A stretch of DNA of 64,000 nt. Origin: a virus. Shown piece after piece: positions 45,827 through 56,056 of this stretch (the first letter of the stretch is position 1; each line of letters opens with the position of its first letter). The stretch spans positions 64,001-128,000 of the IMG/VR virus record IMGVR_UViG_3300049489_000321. One strand, 5' to 3'. The notes below the pieces were generated by a model that saw only the letters and a list, made by a program, of their open reading frames with translations, did not search any database and was not told where the DNA came from. The position numbers and the translations under genes were made by a program.

Positions 45827-46647
45827 TGTATTCTTGTAGAATAGAGAAGGATTCGGTAAACGAAAAAGGTAATCGTTTAACTACGTTTGTTTGTACATAT
45901 CCTCGTTTCGTCCACTCAGAAATGATGACGCATCGTATGTTCTCTAGAAACAGCTCTAGTAGCAGAGCTATTCCAATTGAGAAATTAATCCAACAAGTTA
46001 TAGATGATCCTGTTATGCCCGTAGAATGGGGTAAGAACCAAAAGGGAATGCAGGCTAGAGAAGAAATATCCGACACTGCCAAAAAAGCAGCAGAACAAGG
46101 ATGGCTAGGTGGAAGAGACGAGGCTGTGGCTACTGCTCGTTATTTGTCTAATCTAGGTGTACACAAACAATTAGTTAACCGTGTGCTTGAACCGTGGATG
46201 TGGATTACCGTAATTATCAGTGCCACAGAGTACGAAAATTTCTTTAAACTTCGTTGTCACGAAGACGCACAGCCTGAAGTTAAGCGCATTGCTGACATGA
46301 TGTGTAGTGCGTACGAAGCCAATACTCCTGTAGAATTGGAATTTGGACAATGGCATCTACCGTTTATAAATGACCACGAACTTAGTCATTACAGTGAACG
46401 AGAATTGTGTTTGCTAAGTACTGCAAGAAGTGCTAGAGTTTCGTACCTAACTCACGACGGAGCACACGATCCTGTTCGTGATTTTGAATTAGCAAGTTCT
46501 CTTATGGACAACAAACACTGGTCTCCTACCGAACACCCAGCCATGGCTAATCCTGGTTCAATGTATGGTAATTTCAACGGATTTACACAGTTTAGAAAAA
46601 CATTCCCAGATGAATCAGGGAAGTGTCAGAGCCCAGTGCTACAATAA
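45826..46647 (+). CDS. thyX: Flavin-dependent thymidylate synthase
   Basis: THRMFSRNSSSSRA, FFKLR...AQPE, H.SP.EH. Confidence 0.9.
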   Translation: MYSCRIEKDSVNEKGNRLTTFVCTYPRFVHSEMMTHRMFSRNSSSSRAIPIEKLIQQVIDDPVMPVEWGKNQKGMQAREEISDTAKKAAEQGWLGGRDEAVATARYLSNLGVHKQLVNRVLEPWMWITVIISATEYENFFKLRCHEDAQPEVKRIADMMCSAYEANTPVELEFGQWHLPFINDHELSHYSERELCLLSTARSARVSYLTHDGAHDPVRDFELASSLMDNKHWSPTEHPAMANPGSMYGNFNGFTQFRKTFPDESGKCQSPVLQ

Positions 46648-46657
46648 GGACTATTAA

Positions 46658-47188
46658 ATGCAAAATTTAGACAATTTAGAATTTACTATTAAAATAAATG
46701 GTAAAGATTATGAAAACGATGCGATTGATTCGTTAAGGGTAGACAGAACTAACCTAGATGAAGAGTTCGCTACACAGCATGTGAAGTTTGCTTATTATTC
46801 TACGCTTCATGAAATGGCGAAGGACAAGGTAAACCGATTAAAAATGGCAATTGAAACTGTATACGCGCAATTGGATCATGAAAAAAGGTCTGCGGCAACA
46901 AAACTACAGGAGGTAAATCCCAAGTTTAAATATACAGAGACGATGTGTGAAAACGAGATCAAAACAGATCCTCGTTATTTATCTAAACAAAACGAATACT
47001 TAGATGCCCAACAATTGTCTGGTATGCTAGGCGCGCTTAGAGACGCGTTTTTACAGCGAAAAGACATGTTAATCAGCCTTGGAGCTAACGCTAGAAACGG
47101 TAGCGCTGATTTACGTATAATGGGTGATAGAGCAAAATACGAAACACAAACTAAAGCGACGAGTCGTCGCAAACCCAAAGAAGACTAA
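46658..47188 (+). CDS. Recombination mediator, UvsY-like helical protein
   Basis: Coiled coil with DAFLQRKDMLISLGA..R motif, next to SSB and RecA. Confidence 0.6.
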   Translation: MQNLDNLEFTIKINGKDYENDAIDSLRVDRTNLDEEFATQHVKFAYYSTLHEMAKDKVNRLKMAIETVYAQLDHEKRSAATKLQEVNPKFKYTETMCENEIKTDPRYLSKQNEYLDAQQLSGMLGALRDAFLQRKDMLISLGANARNGSADLRIMGDRAKYETQTKATSRRKPKED

Positions 47189-47224
47189 CTTAGTCAAATA
47201 AAGAAAGAAAAGGAAAATAAACAT

Positions 47225-48379
47225 ATGGCGATCAATTTCGACAAAATCAAAAACAAGCAGACCGAGGAAGCGTCCAAAGGGCGCAAGAGTTACGAGTATG
47301 TACAGAGATTTAAGCTAAAGACCGGCGAGAATCGTATACGTCTCATGCCTCCGTGGACTGATGAAGGCGTTAACGCCGACCAGTTTTGGGTGGAAACCTA
47401 CACTCACTGGAACGTAGGCCAGGGTGGATACGATGAAGAGAACGGACGCCGTTTTACGTGCCCGGTTAAGACTCCAAACGGTCCCGGTGGTGCCTGTGAG
47501 GTGTGTGACCTAGCGGCTACACTTCGCGCCTCAGATGACCCAGCGGATCAAGAGTTAAGCAAGCTACTATATGCTAAGCGCTCTTTTATTTCCAATGTTA
47601 TCAACCTCAAAGATCCGGTTATCAAGGATGCCGACGTTGAGGCGTGGCAGGAAGCGCAGAAGGAAGGCAGCGAAGAAGAGTGTCCCTTTGAAGTCGGAGA
47701 TACCAAGGTTCAAATGTGGAGCTACCCAGCTTCTATCTATAAGGACCTATTGGATGTATTCAGTGATGGACTAGACATTACGGATATGGAAAACGGTAAT
47801 GAGGTAATTGTTACCAAGGAAGGTAGTGGTCTAAGCACGCGTTATCGCGTACGTATTAATCCCAAGTCTAGTGCTGTTAAATTCCAAGGTGATGCTACCA
47901 AGCTGACTTACAACCTAGACAACCAGATCCGCTTCCCAGAGCCTGGTGACATGGTGCGCGCACTAAACGGCGAGACTTCACGTCCTGTCCTACCAGCCGC
48001 GAAGGCCAGCATTCCTTCCCTACCCCCAAAGAAGGCTGCCAAGGCGGTTAAAACCGCTCCTGCGGCACAGGTAGAGGAAACGTCAGACGACGAGGACCCT
48101 GAACCAGCGGTTGAAGCGTCTGTTGACGACCCGCCAGCTTGTTTCAAGGATTCTTCCGTACACAGCGCCACTGATCCACAGTGTGTGGGAGGCGTAGATG
48201 AAGATGGTAACGAGTATGATGCGTGCCCTCATTTTGAACCCTGCAAGGAAGCGGTTCAGGCACAGACGACTACTATTCGTAGATCAGCCAGGACACCCGT
48301 TACCAAGCCAAAGACTACTATTAAGCCTAAATCAGCTATTGAAGACATGGAGAAGCGTCTAAAAGACGCGTTACGCTAA
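47225..48379 (+). CDS. Single-stranded DNA-binding protein (gp32-like)
   Basis: G.NRIR.MPP, HW, CP...CEVC, D...G..V..TKEG.GL.TRY.V. Confidence 0.75.
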   Translation: MAINFDKIKNKQTEEASKGRKSYEYVQRFKLKTGENRIRLMPPWTDEGVNADQFWVETYTHWNVGQGGYDEENGRRFTCPVKTPNGPGGACEVCDLAATLRASDDPADQELSKLLYAKRSFISNVINLKDPVIKDADVEAWQEAQKEGSEEECPFEVGDTKVQMWSYPASIYKDLLDVFSDGLDITDMENGNEVIVTKEGSGLSTRYRVRINPKSSAVKFQGDATKLTYNLDNQIRFPEPGDMVRALNGETSRPVLPAAKASIPSLPPKKAAKAVKTAPAAQVEETSDDEDPEPAVEASVDDPPACFKDSSVHSATDPQCVGGVDEDGNEYDACPHFEPCKEAVQAQTTTIRRSARTPVTKPKTTIKPKSAIEDMEKRLKDALR

Positions 48380-48510
48380 TGGTAACCGTGATTCAAATTA
48401 CCCTTGGTATCTACGGCGCTGTTTGGCTAGGCTGGATTCTTGCCAATGCGTTATGTAAGCCTAAGCTACATGATCTAAAATTGGAGGATAACGATGGCTC
48501 GGAAGGTTAA
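48379..48510 (+). CDS. 43-aa single-TM protein (not in ORF track)
   Basis: TAATG-coupled MVTVIQITLGIYGAVWLGWILANALCKPKL... Confidence 0.5.
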   Translation: MVTVIQITLGIYGAVWLGWILANALCKPKLHDLKLEDNDGSEG

Positions 48511-49591
48511 GCTAGAAATAGTTGAAGGTGAAGCGTCTATTGACGATATTCTTGCTGAAATTCAAGAATCATTAAACGACGAGTTTGGCAAAGACTCCGC
48601 TCAGCGTTTAAACGATGAGTCTGCTCTTTCCAACGTATCCACGTGGTGCAGTACCGGCTCTATTATTGTAGACGCCGTTATTGCTGGTGGTCGTACGTTA
48701 CCGTGTTCCATTATTCCATTTGGTCGTCAAGTAGAGATTGCAGGACTTCCTGGCTCTGGTAAAACTACTCTTTGCGCCCAGATTGCAGCACAAACCCAGA
48801 AATTGGGTGGAATAGTAGTTATGGTAGATACAGAAGAACGCGTGGATTCTGACTATTGGACTGCGCTAGGCGTAGATTGCAGTAAAATCATCAATCTACA
48901 CGGTAAGACGTTAGAAGACGTTTTCACCAAGCAGGCACACTGTATTCAGCTTATGCAGGAAAAAGCCCCTGGAATTCCGTTACTTATGATATGGGACTCT
49001 GTTGGAGCTACGTCCAGTGACTCAGTAGCTATGCCCAATAAAGATCAAAGCTTTATGGAGGCGGCTGAAAAGAACATGGGACGCGATGCTAAGGTTATTG
49101 GTGCTGGTATGAAGGTAATCAATAAATTAGTAGCTGAGAGCAAGTGCTGTTATTTATACACCAATCACGTATACAATAAGGTCGGTGTAGTGTACGGAGC
49201 CAAGACAACAACGCCAGGTGGCGAAAAGCTAAAGTTCTTTGCTACCTTACGTTTAGAACTAACCCGTGGACAAACCATTCGTGAAGAAGACGAGTTTGGT
49301 AATGAATATGACGCTGGTTGTCACGTTTGGGTTAAATCTAACAAAAATAGCATGGCCCCTAGACTTATGAAGAAAGAGGCTATTATTATTGGTGGCAAGG
49401 GGTTTAGCAATGAACACTCTGTGTTTGAAGCTGCCAAGACTTTAAAACTAATTGAAACTAAAGGTGCGTGGTCATCTTGGGTAGCGTCCAACGGAGAAGT
49501 CAAGTTTCAGGGGCTGCAAGGTTTCTTTGACCACGTAGTTACTCACCCTGATTATCAAGTTCTTGTTGACGCTGTAGTCGCTTCGCTGTAG
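48494..49591 (+). CDS. recA: RecA/UvsX recombinase
   Basis: STGS...D, GLPGSGKTT, DTE, WDSV, TTPGG..LKF.A..RL. Confidence 0.95.
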   Translation: MARKVKLEIVEGEASIDDILAEIQESLNDEFGKDSAQRLNDESALSNVSTWCSTGSIIVDAVIAGGRTLPCSIIPFGRQVEIAGLPGSGKTTLCAQIAAQTQKLGGIVVMVDTEERVDSDYWTALGVDCSKIINLHGKTLEDVFTKQAHCIQLMQEKAPGIPLLMIWDSVGATSSDSVAMPNKDQSFMEAAEKNMGRDAKVIGAGMKVINKLVAESKCCYLYTNHVYNKVGVVYGAKTTTPGGEKLKFFATLRLELTRGQTIREEDEFGNEYDAGCHVWVKSNKNSMAPRLMKKEAIIIGGKGFSNEHSVFEAAKTLKLIETKGAWSSWVASNGEVKFQGLQGFFDHVVTHPDYQVLVDAVVASL

Positions 49592-49600
49592 TGTATACCT

Positions 49601-49626
49601 AGTTAGCCACGATTTTGTGGCTAACT
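49601..49626. terminator. Perfect 10-bp hairpin after recA
   Basis: AGTTAGCCAC-GATTTT-GTGGCTAACT; no clear U-tract on the + strand. Confidence 0.5.
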
Positions 49627-49651
49627 GGTTAAAAACATTGAAAGGTTGAAA

Positions 49652-50125
49652 ATGCGTAACTGTCTACTGTTTCTATTTTTTGTTGTTGCGTGTACTTCGT
49701 CAAATGATTTGGTTTCTCAAGATGTTAAGGTAGAGGAGTCTCCGTGTAGTGTTGACAATGTTTGTCGCCTACCTAATGGACAGCCTGGAATCGCTATCTG
49801 TCACCTGCCACCAGGCAACGAGGATAATCCTCTAAGTCTGTGTGTAGGACAGCCGTCTGTCGCTGCAGGTCACTTTAAGAACCACGAAGGAGACTACTGC
49901 GGTGCCTGCGAACTTCCACAGGAAGATTATGGTGACGATGACGTTGGTGACGACGAACAGTGCCCAGAAGGCGTCGATGGTTGCTGGTACTGCGCAAACT
50001 GCGAGTGTGTGAATTTCTGCGAAACGCCGGACGCGGGACTAACCGATCCAGGCTGCACTGACCCGAACGGATGTGAGGAACTACCTCCGGTCGAGTGTAC
50101 AGATCCAAACGGCTGCGAGGTCTAA
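49652..50125 (+). CDS. Cys/Asp-rich lipoprotein
   Basis: MRNCLLFLFFVVAC lipobox; ICHLPPGN..N...LCV...H...H.GDY.G.C domain; PDAG; two CTDPNGCE repeats. Confidence 0.7.
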   Translation: MRNCLLFLFFVVACTSSNDLVSQDVKVEESPCSVDNVCRLPNGQPGIAICHLPPGNEDNPLSLCVGQPSVAAGHFKNHEGDYCGACELPQEDYGDDDVGDDEQCPEGVDGCWYCANCECVNFCETPDAGLTDPGCTDPNGCEELPPVECTDPNGCEV

Positions 50126-50584
50126 ATGTCTATTGATCATGAGGAAGACGAGGAAGATGCTGGTCTTCCTCATGATTTAACTAAACCTTCGTGGGTCGAT
50201 GTATCTAGTTGGAATTTAAGTACAACTTGGTGCTTTGGCCCACAAGGACACCCTGCGTCGATGCGTGTTCATTTGGACGCATTTAAAGATAATGGATGGA
50301 AATTTTATCTATATGCAAACGGTCCTTTACACCGTTACGGTTTTGGTGATTTGCAAGAATTTAATGGAACTGATTATTTAATCAAATTACTTGTTTATGG
50401 TAGATCGATAGACGAGCGATTTGGGTGTGCATGGGATTGGTGGCGATGTGCGGACAAGACTTGTACAGGGTATAAGTCTGACGCTCCTCCACCTTACCGT
50501 CGCTGTATTGATTGTGAAAACACAAGTAAACAAGCGGAAATAGATACTAAAGAGTGGCTTGAAAACAATCCACCACCTACATAG
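50126..50584 (+). CDS. Hypothetical protein with C-terminal Cys cluster
   Basis: Packed ORF; CADKTC...CIDC. Confidence 0.5.
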   Translation: MSIDHEEDEEDAGLPHDLTKPSWVDVSSWNLSTTWCFGPQGHPASMRVHLDAFKDNGWKFYLYANGPLHRYGFGDLQEFNGTDYLIKLLVYGRSIDERFGCAWDWWRCADKTCTGYKSDAPPPYRRCIDCENTSKQAEIDTKEWLENNPPPT

Positions 50585-50591
50585 GAGATTT

Positions 50592-51059
50592 ATGCATATT
50601 AAAGACTTTACTGTCAAACAACTTATGGTTCATGTAAACCAAGCCGCTAAACAAAAGGGCTGGTGGGATGGATGGGAAGACCTTTCTGAAGAACAGAGGT
50701 TTGACAAAGCGGCAGGCAAACTTCTTTTGGTACACGCCGAAGTGTCGGAAGCTGCAGAAGAAATGCGCAACATTAATCAGTTACGTGAGATGGAATTCGA
50801 TTTGTCCGACATCTACTACATGGATGATGTTAGGGCGGATGTTTCTTCTCATTTTGTAGGAAAAGAATACGATGACGATGGTGTTATTGTTAGAGAATGG
50901 TACAACAAGCCAGAAGGACTAGCTGTAGAATTGGCGGATGTAGTTATTAGAGTATTTGACCTTGCTGAGCAGCTTAATCTGCCTCTGGATAGAGCAATTC
51001 AGGAAAAGATTACGTTCAACAATACCAGAAGTCGCAAGCACGGCGGAAAGGCGTTTTAA
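50592..51059 (+). CDS. MazG-like nucleotide pyrophosphohydrolase
   Basis: LVHAEVSEAAEE...KPEG...ELADVVIR.FDL...K..FN..R..KHG; RBS AGGAG before ATG50592. Confidence 0.8.
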   Translation: MHIKDFTVKQLMVHVNQAAKQKGWWDGWEDLSEEQRFDKAAGKLLLVHAEVSEAAEEMRNINQLREMEFDLSDIYYMDDVRADVSSHFVGKEYDDDGVIVREWYNKPEGLAVELADVVIRVFDLAEQLNLPLDRAIQEKITFNNTRSRKHGGKAF

Positions 51060-51139
51060 TGAACTGGCCAGAAACTGTTGTTGCTTGTGTGGCTATTGTC
51101 TGTGGTGCGTATCTATTTAGGGATTTTTTCGTACTATGA
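51059..51139 (+). CDS. 26-aa hydrophobic peptide
   Basis: TAATG and ATGA coupling at both ends; MNWPETVVACVAIVCGAYLFRDFFVL. Confidence 0.45.
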   Translation: MNWPETVVACVAIVCGAYLFRDFFVL

Positions 51140-51390
51140 AGGTAAGACTAACTAGGATTATCGGTGGATCTAAGCTTCGTACTGATTCTGTAGACGGAGA
51201 GGCTACTTATCCTCCAATGGTAGGGCGCTGTTTTGAAATGTCTGGACAAGGACTAGATTTCGGAACTAGACTAGTAAGCACTTCACCAGTAGTAGAGGTA
51301 AGTGGTGACGGTAAGTTTACTACTGAATCTGGCTCTGTTTATCATATAGAACTGCTAGAAAGACCTGGAGATGTCAAACTTACCAATTAA
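51136..51390 (+). CDS. Hypothetical phage protein
   Basis: TSPV.EV....F.TESGSVY motif seen in small phage proteins. Confidence 0.6.
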   Translation: MKVRLTRIIGGSKLRTDSVDGEATYPPMVGRCFEMSGQGLDFGTRLVSTSPVVEVSGDGKFTTESGSVYHIELLERPGDVKLTN

Positions 51391-51709
51391 TCCGTGTCAT
51401 GGGTGTTCTCACGATATGTGGGATCATCCAAACGATAGCGGTTGCAATGCGTGGCATTATTCAAATGGTATGAGTACAATACCGGATACACACTGGATCC
51501 AAGATCAGCTTGACTGGTTAGACGGTAAGGCTGAAACTGACAATATTAGACTGCGTAAAGAACGCGATCACTATCGTGAGTTGTATTTGACCGCCAAAGT
51601 ATGTAGTTGTGAACAGTTGATTAAGCAATTTATAAAACACGGTAAATGTCTTGAAAGTTCGTGTGAAATGCACGAATGGAGATTAGTGAATCTTTTCATT
51701 GGTCCATAA
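51371..51709 (+). CDS. Hypothetical Cys/His-rich protein
   Basis: CHGCSH...H....C; RBS GGAG. Confidence 0.55.
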   Translation: MSNLPINPCHGCSHDMWDHPNDSGCNAWHYSNGMSTIPDTHWIQDQLDWLDGKAETDNIRLRKERDHYRELYLTAKVCSCEQLIKQFIKHGKCLESSCEMHEWRLVNLFIGP

Positions 51710-52752
51710 TGGCAAGAATAATAGTATTTAGTGACCTACACCTACACCCGTTCCGCCCATATAGCGAGTTAGATGAGCACGGGATGAATTCTCGACTTAT
51801 GCACGGTGTGTCGTGTATTGATCAAGTACGTGAATACGCTGACAAAGTAGACGCTAAGATGGTGCTTTTTGGTGGTGATTTTTGGCATGTAAGGCGTAAC
51901 ATAGACACCGCCGCCCTAAACGAAGGTCTGAACGCTGTTGCAAAGTTTTCGCAACCAGTAAAGATCATTCACGGAAACCATGATCAGGCGAATTCTTCCG
52001 GTAGCATACACGCTGCTAACCCGTTCAAATACCTTAGTAATGTACAAGTTATAGACAAGCCAGGCTGGATTGAATGTGACGGTGTTGATATACTAGGAAT
52101 TCCTTACACAGAGAATAAGGACGACGTTAAGCAACTATGTAGGTTAAAAGCTCCGAATAAAGACAGTGTAAAGATCTTATTAGCACATCTTGGCATTCAA
52201 GGTGCTTCTGTGGGCGCTGATTTCGTGTATAACAACGAGGCTGACTGTGAGCTTAAGGATTTAAACTCAAAATCATTTGATTACGGATTTCTTGGGCACT
52301 ATCACCTGCATCAGCAACTAGCTAAGAATATTTGCTATGTCGGTGCCCCTCTTCAACATAATTGGGGTGATAAGTTTCAAAAGCGCGGCTTTGTAGAGTA
52401 CGACACAGAAACTAAAAAGATTAAGCACATAGAGTGCGTAGCTCCTAAGTTTGTGGAAATGGACGACGTAGAAGGATGGGAAGCTGTTGTTGATCCTGGC
52501 AACTACGTCCGCTTGATTAGTGATAAAGAGTATTCTGCCGATGAACGAGAAGACATTAGGCAGAGGATTGGCGCTCGTACTTTCGAAGTGTCTACCTACA
52601 CGACCGCACCAGAAATCACTGCTAGAAGTACTTTGACTCCTAACGAATCCTACGATAAGATTATCGAGAAATATATAGAAAGTAAAGGAACTGACCTAGA
52701 TCTTGGTGTTCTAGCTGAAATGGGTCGGTCTATCCTTCAAGAAGTTTTGTGA
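51709..52752 (+). CDS. Mre11/SbcD/gp47-like nuclease
   Basis: SDLH, GGDFWH, GNHD, AH, GHYH, YVGAP metallophosphoesterase motifs. Confidence 0.9.
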   Translation: MARIIVFSDLHLHPFRPYSELDEHGMNSRLMHGVSCIDQVREYADKVDAKMVLFGGDFWHVRRNIDTAALNEGLNAVAKFSQPVKIIHGNHDQANSSGSIHAANPFKYLSNVQVIDKPGWIECDGVDILGIPYTENKDDVKQLCRLKAPNKDSVKILLAHLGIQGASVGADFVYNNEADCELKDLNSKSFDYGFLGHYHLHQQLAKNICYVGAPLQHNWGDKFQKRGFVEYDTETKKIKHIECVAPKFVEMDDVEGWEAVVDPGNYVRLISDKEYSADEREDIRQRIGARTFEVSTYTTAPEITARSTLTPNESYDKIIEKYIESKGTDLDLGVLAEMGRSILQEVL

Positions 52753-54689
52753 AATTTGAACTACTGAAAATTACTAATTTTCTCAGCTACAGAGCCCAAA
52801 ATCGAATATATCTAGATAACGTTGGGTTGGTTGGCATATTCGGTGTAAACACTGATAATTCCTTTGGTTCTAATGGAAGTGGCAAATCGTCCCTATTAGA
52901 AGCTATAGTTTGGGCTATTTGGGGTGAGACGCTTCGTGGTCTGAAAGGCGACGAAGTTATCAATAAGGACGAAGGCTGTAATTGCGAGGTAGAACTCCAC
53001 CTAACGGAAGGAGACACCTCGTATAAGCTCGTCAGAACGCGAGGGACGAAGGGATCGAAACGACCTAACGACCTTACGTTGATGCGTTGTAAAGCTCCTA
53101 CGCGCGGCTACATCGACTGTAGTGCCGGTATCATGTCTGACACCCAAAAGCTGGTGGACGACATCGTAGGAATGGATTTTAACACCTTTACCCAGTCTGT
53201 GTTTATTACGGATAAAACACAGTCTTTTTGCACGCTAACCGACGCTAAGCAGAAGGAATTACTAGAAGATATCCTTCAAATAGGCGTTTTATCAGAAGCA
53301 CGGAAGGTGGCAAAGAACAGAATTATAAGTGTTGAGAAAGAAATTGCCGATATCGAAGGCGAAGCGCGACAGTATAGAACTTTAATACAAAACGCTGTAA
53401 TTAATAAGAAATCCCTAACTGACAAGTCCGAAAACTGGCTTGTGTCTCAGAACACAAAGATAGATAAGCTAAAGCTAGAGATTAAACAAAAAACTGAGTA
53501 TATAAAGAAAAACGAACATCTTAACGAGATGCTGGTGAAGTCCACTAAGCAACTAGAAAACAATTCTTCAGGTAGCGAAGAATTGTATAATGAAATCAAA
53601 GAGCTTGAAAAAGAAGTATATAAAATCAAAGCTCGTACTGAACAGCATAGAAACGAAATAAGACTTAAGTCCAAGGAAATAGAAGTAACTTCTAAGGCTA
53701 TTCGTAAAGACTGCGAAAGCGTCTCTAGATTAGCCGGTACGGTTTGTACGAACTGTAAACAAAGCGTAGATACAGACGTAGCTCAAGCTCAACTTGAAGG
53801 ATGGAATGTCCAACTACTTGCGTTATCTGAAAAATACGACAAGTTACAGGAATTATTAGAACAGTTAAATGAAGCTGAGGTAGTGGACCTTGAAGAAGTT
53901 ACCAACGATTTGACACAAAAGAATAAGGAATATAGCGACAAGAAGTCTGAAAACAGTAGACTAGCTTCACAGATTCAAGTTCTTCAAAGAGACTTGTCGG
54001 TGATGAACAACGTCGCAAATGAGATAGAACGCCTCAATAGTTCTATAGAAACGATTAAATCAGAAGAAAATCCATATATTCAGCTAATTACTGAAGTAGA
54101 CGCTTCTGTGGAAGGCTGCGAAGACAAGATCGCAGCGTTATCAGCAGTAGTTGAGGAAAAGCAGAAAAAGCTCAAATATCTTCATTTCTGGGACCATGGA
54201 TTTTCCAATGCTGGTATAAAATCCTACATGATGGATAATGTCATTCCGTTTTTAAATGAGCGTGCGCAAAGGTACGCTGATATCATGAGCGGCGGTAGTT
54301 TGCGTATTAAATTCAATACACAGACTACTAATAAAGGTGGAGATACTAAAGACAAGTTTTCTGTTGATGTCATTAACGCTAGAGGCGGCGAACTATATAA
54401 AGGAAACAGTAGCGGTGAACGACGCAGAGCCGATTTAGCGATAAGTTGGGCGTTAGCAGACCTTGCTGGTTCTAGAGCCTTAAAGCCCATGCAGTTACTA
54501 GCCTTAGACGAACCGTTTGAGAACCTAGATGCAGAAGGAGTAGAGTCTGCCTTCAGATTATTAAACAGTGCCGTATCAGAACGTGGTAGTATCTTAGTTA
54601 TAACACATAATCAAGAATTGAAAGATATGTTTGCAAAGTACTGGACTGTTGAAAAACGCAATGGAGCCAGTTGGATAAAGGAAAATTAA
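52749..54689 (+). CDS. Rad50/SbcC/gp46-like ATPase
   Basis: NFLSY, NGSGKSS, CTNC zinc hook, SSGE signature, LDEPF, ITH. Confidence 0.92.
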   Translation: MKFELLKITNFLSYRAQNRIYLDNVGLVGIFGVNTDNSFGSNGSGKSSLLEAIVWAIWGETLRGLKGDEVINKDEGCNCEVELHLTEGDTSYKLVRTRGTKGSKRPNDLTLMRCKAPTRGYIDCSAGIMSDTQKLVDDIVGMDFNTFTQSVFITDKTQSFCTLTDAKQKELLEDILQIGVLSEARKVAKNRIISVEKEIADIEGEARQYRTLIQNAVINKKSLTDKSENWLVSQNTKIDKLKLEIKQKTEYIKKNEHLNEMLVKSTKQLENNSSGSEELYNEIKELEKEVYKIKARTEQHRNEIRLKSKEIEVTSKAIRKDCESVSRLAGTVCTNCKQSVDTDVAQAQLEGWNVQLLALSEKYDKLQELLEQLNEAEVVDLEEVTNDLTQKNKEYSDKKSENSRLASQIQVLQRDLSVMNNVANEIERLNSSIETIKSEENPYIQLITEVDASVEGCEDKIAALSAVVEEKQKKLKYLHFWDHGFSNAGIKSYMMDNVIPFLNERAQRYADIMSGGSLRIKFNTQTTNKGGDTKDKFSVDVINARGGELYKGNSSGERRRADLAISWALADLAGSRALKPMQLLALDEPFENLDAEGVESAFRLLNSAVSERGSILVITHNQELKDMFAKYWTVEKRNGASWIKEN

Positions 54690-54700
54690 GGAGATGTTTA

Positions 54701-55147
54701 ATGGAAAATAATAGCGATGACGACTACATGTTAGAAGATCAAACAGAATCACTAAGCAGCTTTTTAGCAGGAATGACGGAAGGTCAGAAGATGTATGATT
54801 TAACCGTGCTATACCTTCTTAAGTCGTCAAAGAGGTTCATTGATTTTGTTAATGAGAACTTTGACGTTCAACACAATATTGATAAGGAAACTAAGGCTGT
54901 AGATATTCGTGTGGTTGAAAAGCCTTTCACTCAACCACCTTTCAAGATCTCGGATGAAGCAGCCGCTAGAGTGTCTGCTATGTTAGGACGTAAGTACGAC
55001 GTAGAGAATCCTGGTCGTTGTATGATGGACGTGTTAGCTATTATCAACGGTAAGGACGTGTCAGAGCCTTCTCTGATTGCTACAGAAGCAGACATTGAAG
55101 CTGAGCTTGCTGCGAGCCGCGTTGCTTCTAAACTAATTAAGGGTTAA
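54701..55147 (+). CDS. Hypothetical protein
   Basis: RBS AGGGAG; packed ORF. Confidence 0.6.
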   Translation: MENNSDDDYMLEDQTESLSSFLAGMTEGQKMYDLTVLYLLKSSKRFIDFVNENFDVQHNIDKETKAVDIRVVEKPFTQPPFKISDEAAARVSAMLGRKYDVENPGRCMMDVLAIINGKDVSEPSLIATEADIEAELAASRVASKLIKG

Positions 55148-55354
55148 ATGTCTTTAATTACGGACGAAGATAGAGAACGCATTAAATCTCTTACTAAACG
55201 TTGGAGCTTTAATGCGGTTATGATGAAGTTTGATGAGTACCAGCCTTTTGAAAACATCAAAGACGCGAAATTACACATGTTAATTAGTATCTGGCAAATG
55301 TCGTATGAATCTTTGTGTGAATACTTAGACATTGATCCGGTAACCGGTGAGTGA
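55148..55354 (+). CDS. Hypothetical protein
   Basis: Packed ORF. Confidence 0.5.
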   Translation: MSLITDEDRERIKSLTKRWSFNAVMMKFDEYQPFENIKDAKLHMLISIWQMSYESLCEYLDIDPVTGE

Positions 55355-55790
55355 GCTAACCGTTTATTGTGATGGTTCCGTAACAAAGTCCCGCTACGGC
55401 GATGCCGTGTCGGCGTGGTGTGTGTTTGACGAAAACAACTACGAAATAGCGTGTAACGCTAGATTCGTCCGCAGAGGTACGATAGACGCCACAGTCAACG
55501 TAGCGGAGCATTCAGCGGTACAGTTGGCTTTATATAACTGTAGAAGCCTTATTCGTCCTGGCATTACTATTAAGATAAACGTACGTACTGATAGTGATCT
55601 TGTAGTAAAACAAATAAACGGCAAATACCGTTGTTTGAACAAAACGTTACAGCCGCTGTTGCAGGATACTCTTGAATTGATTAAAGAATTCAAGAGTATG
55701 GGTATCAAGATATCTGTCGAATGGATACCAAGAGAGTTGAATAAAAGAGCGGATTTCTTATCTAAGTCATTGTACCCAAAGGAAAAATGA
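55347..55790 (+). CDS. Ribonuclease HI-like protein
   Basis: YCDGS, T.N.AE..A, TDSDLVVKQING.Y, WIPRELNKRAD.L. Confidence 0.85.
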   Translation: MSELTVYCDGSVTKSRYGDAVSAWCVFDENNYEIACNARFVRRGTIDATVNVAEHSAVQLALYNCRSLIRPGITIKINVRTDSDLVVKQINGKYRCLNKTLQPLLQDTLELIKEFKSMGIKISVEWIPRELNKRADFLSKSLYPKEK

Positions 55791-56056
55791 ACTTCAAACG
55801 ACTACATATTGAAGCAATAGCAGACGCCATAAAACACTCACAAATTGCCTCAAATCCTAGCTTTTTACTAAAAGGTTGCCAAAGGCTATTGCAGGAAGTA
55901 CGTGATTTACTTGAATTTACACAGTATGTGGCTGATTTTGCTTGCTTTTGTGATAAATTAGAAGATAATAAAGAGTGCAGCAGTTGTTTAGCCGAAAGAG
56001 TGTTATCTGGAAATGACAAAAAACCCGACAAGAGTAGCGGCCGGCAAGAAAAGTAA
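55787..56056 (+). CDS. Hypothetical protein
   Basis: ATGA coupling; CFC...CSSC. Confidence 0.5.
   Translation: MNFKRLHIEAIADAIKHSQIASNPSFLLKGCQRLLQEVRDLLEFTQYVADFACFCDKLEDNKECSSCLAERVLSGNDKKPDKSSGRQEK

Noticed and set aside
42665-46647. Z-genome or other hypermodified DNA system
   Set aside because: No PurZ or other modification synthase is visible here, and PolA motifs are ordinary. This cannot be excluded outside the window.
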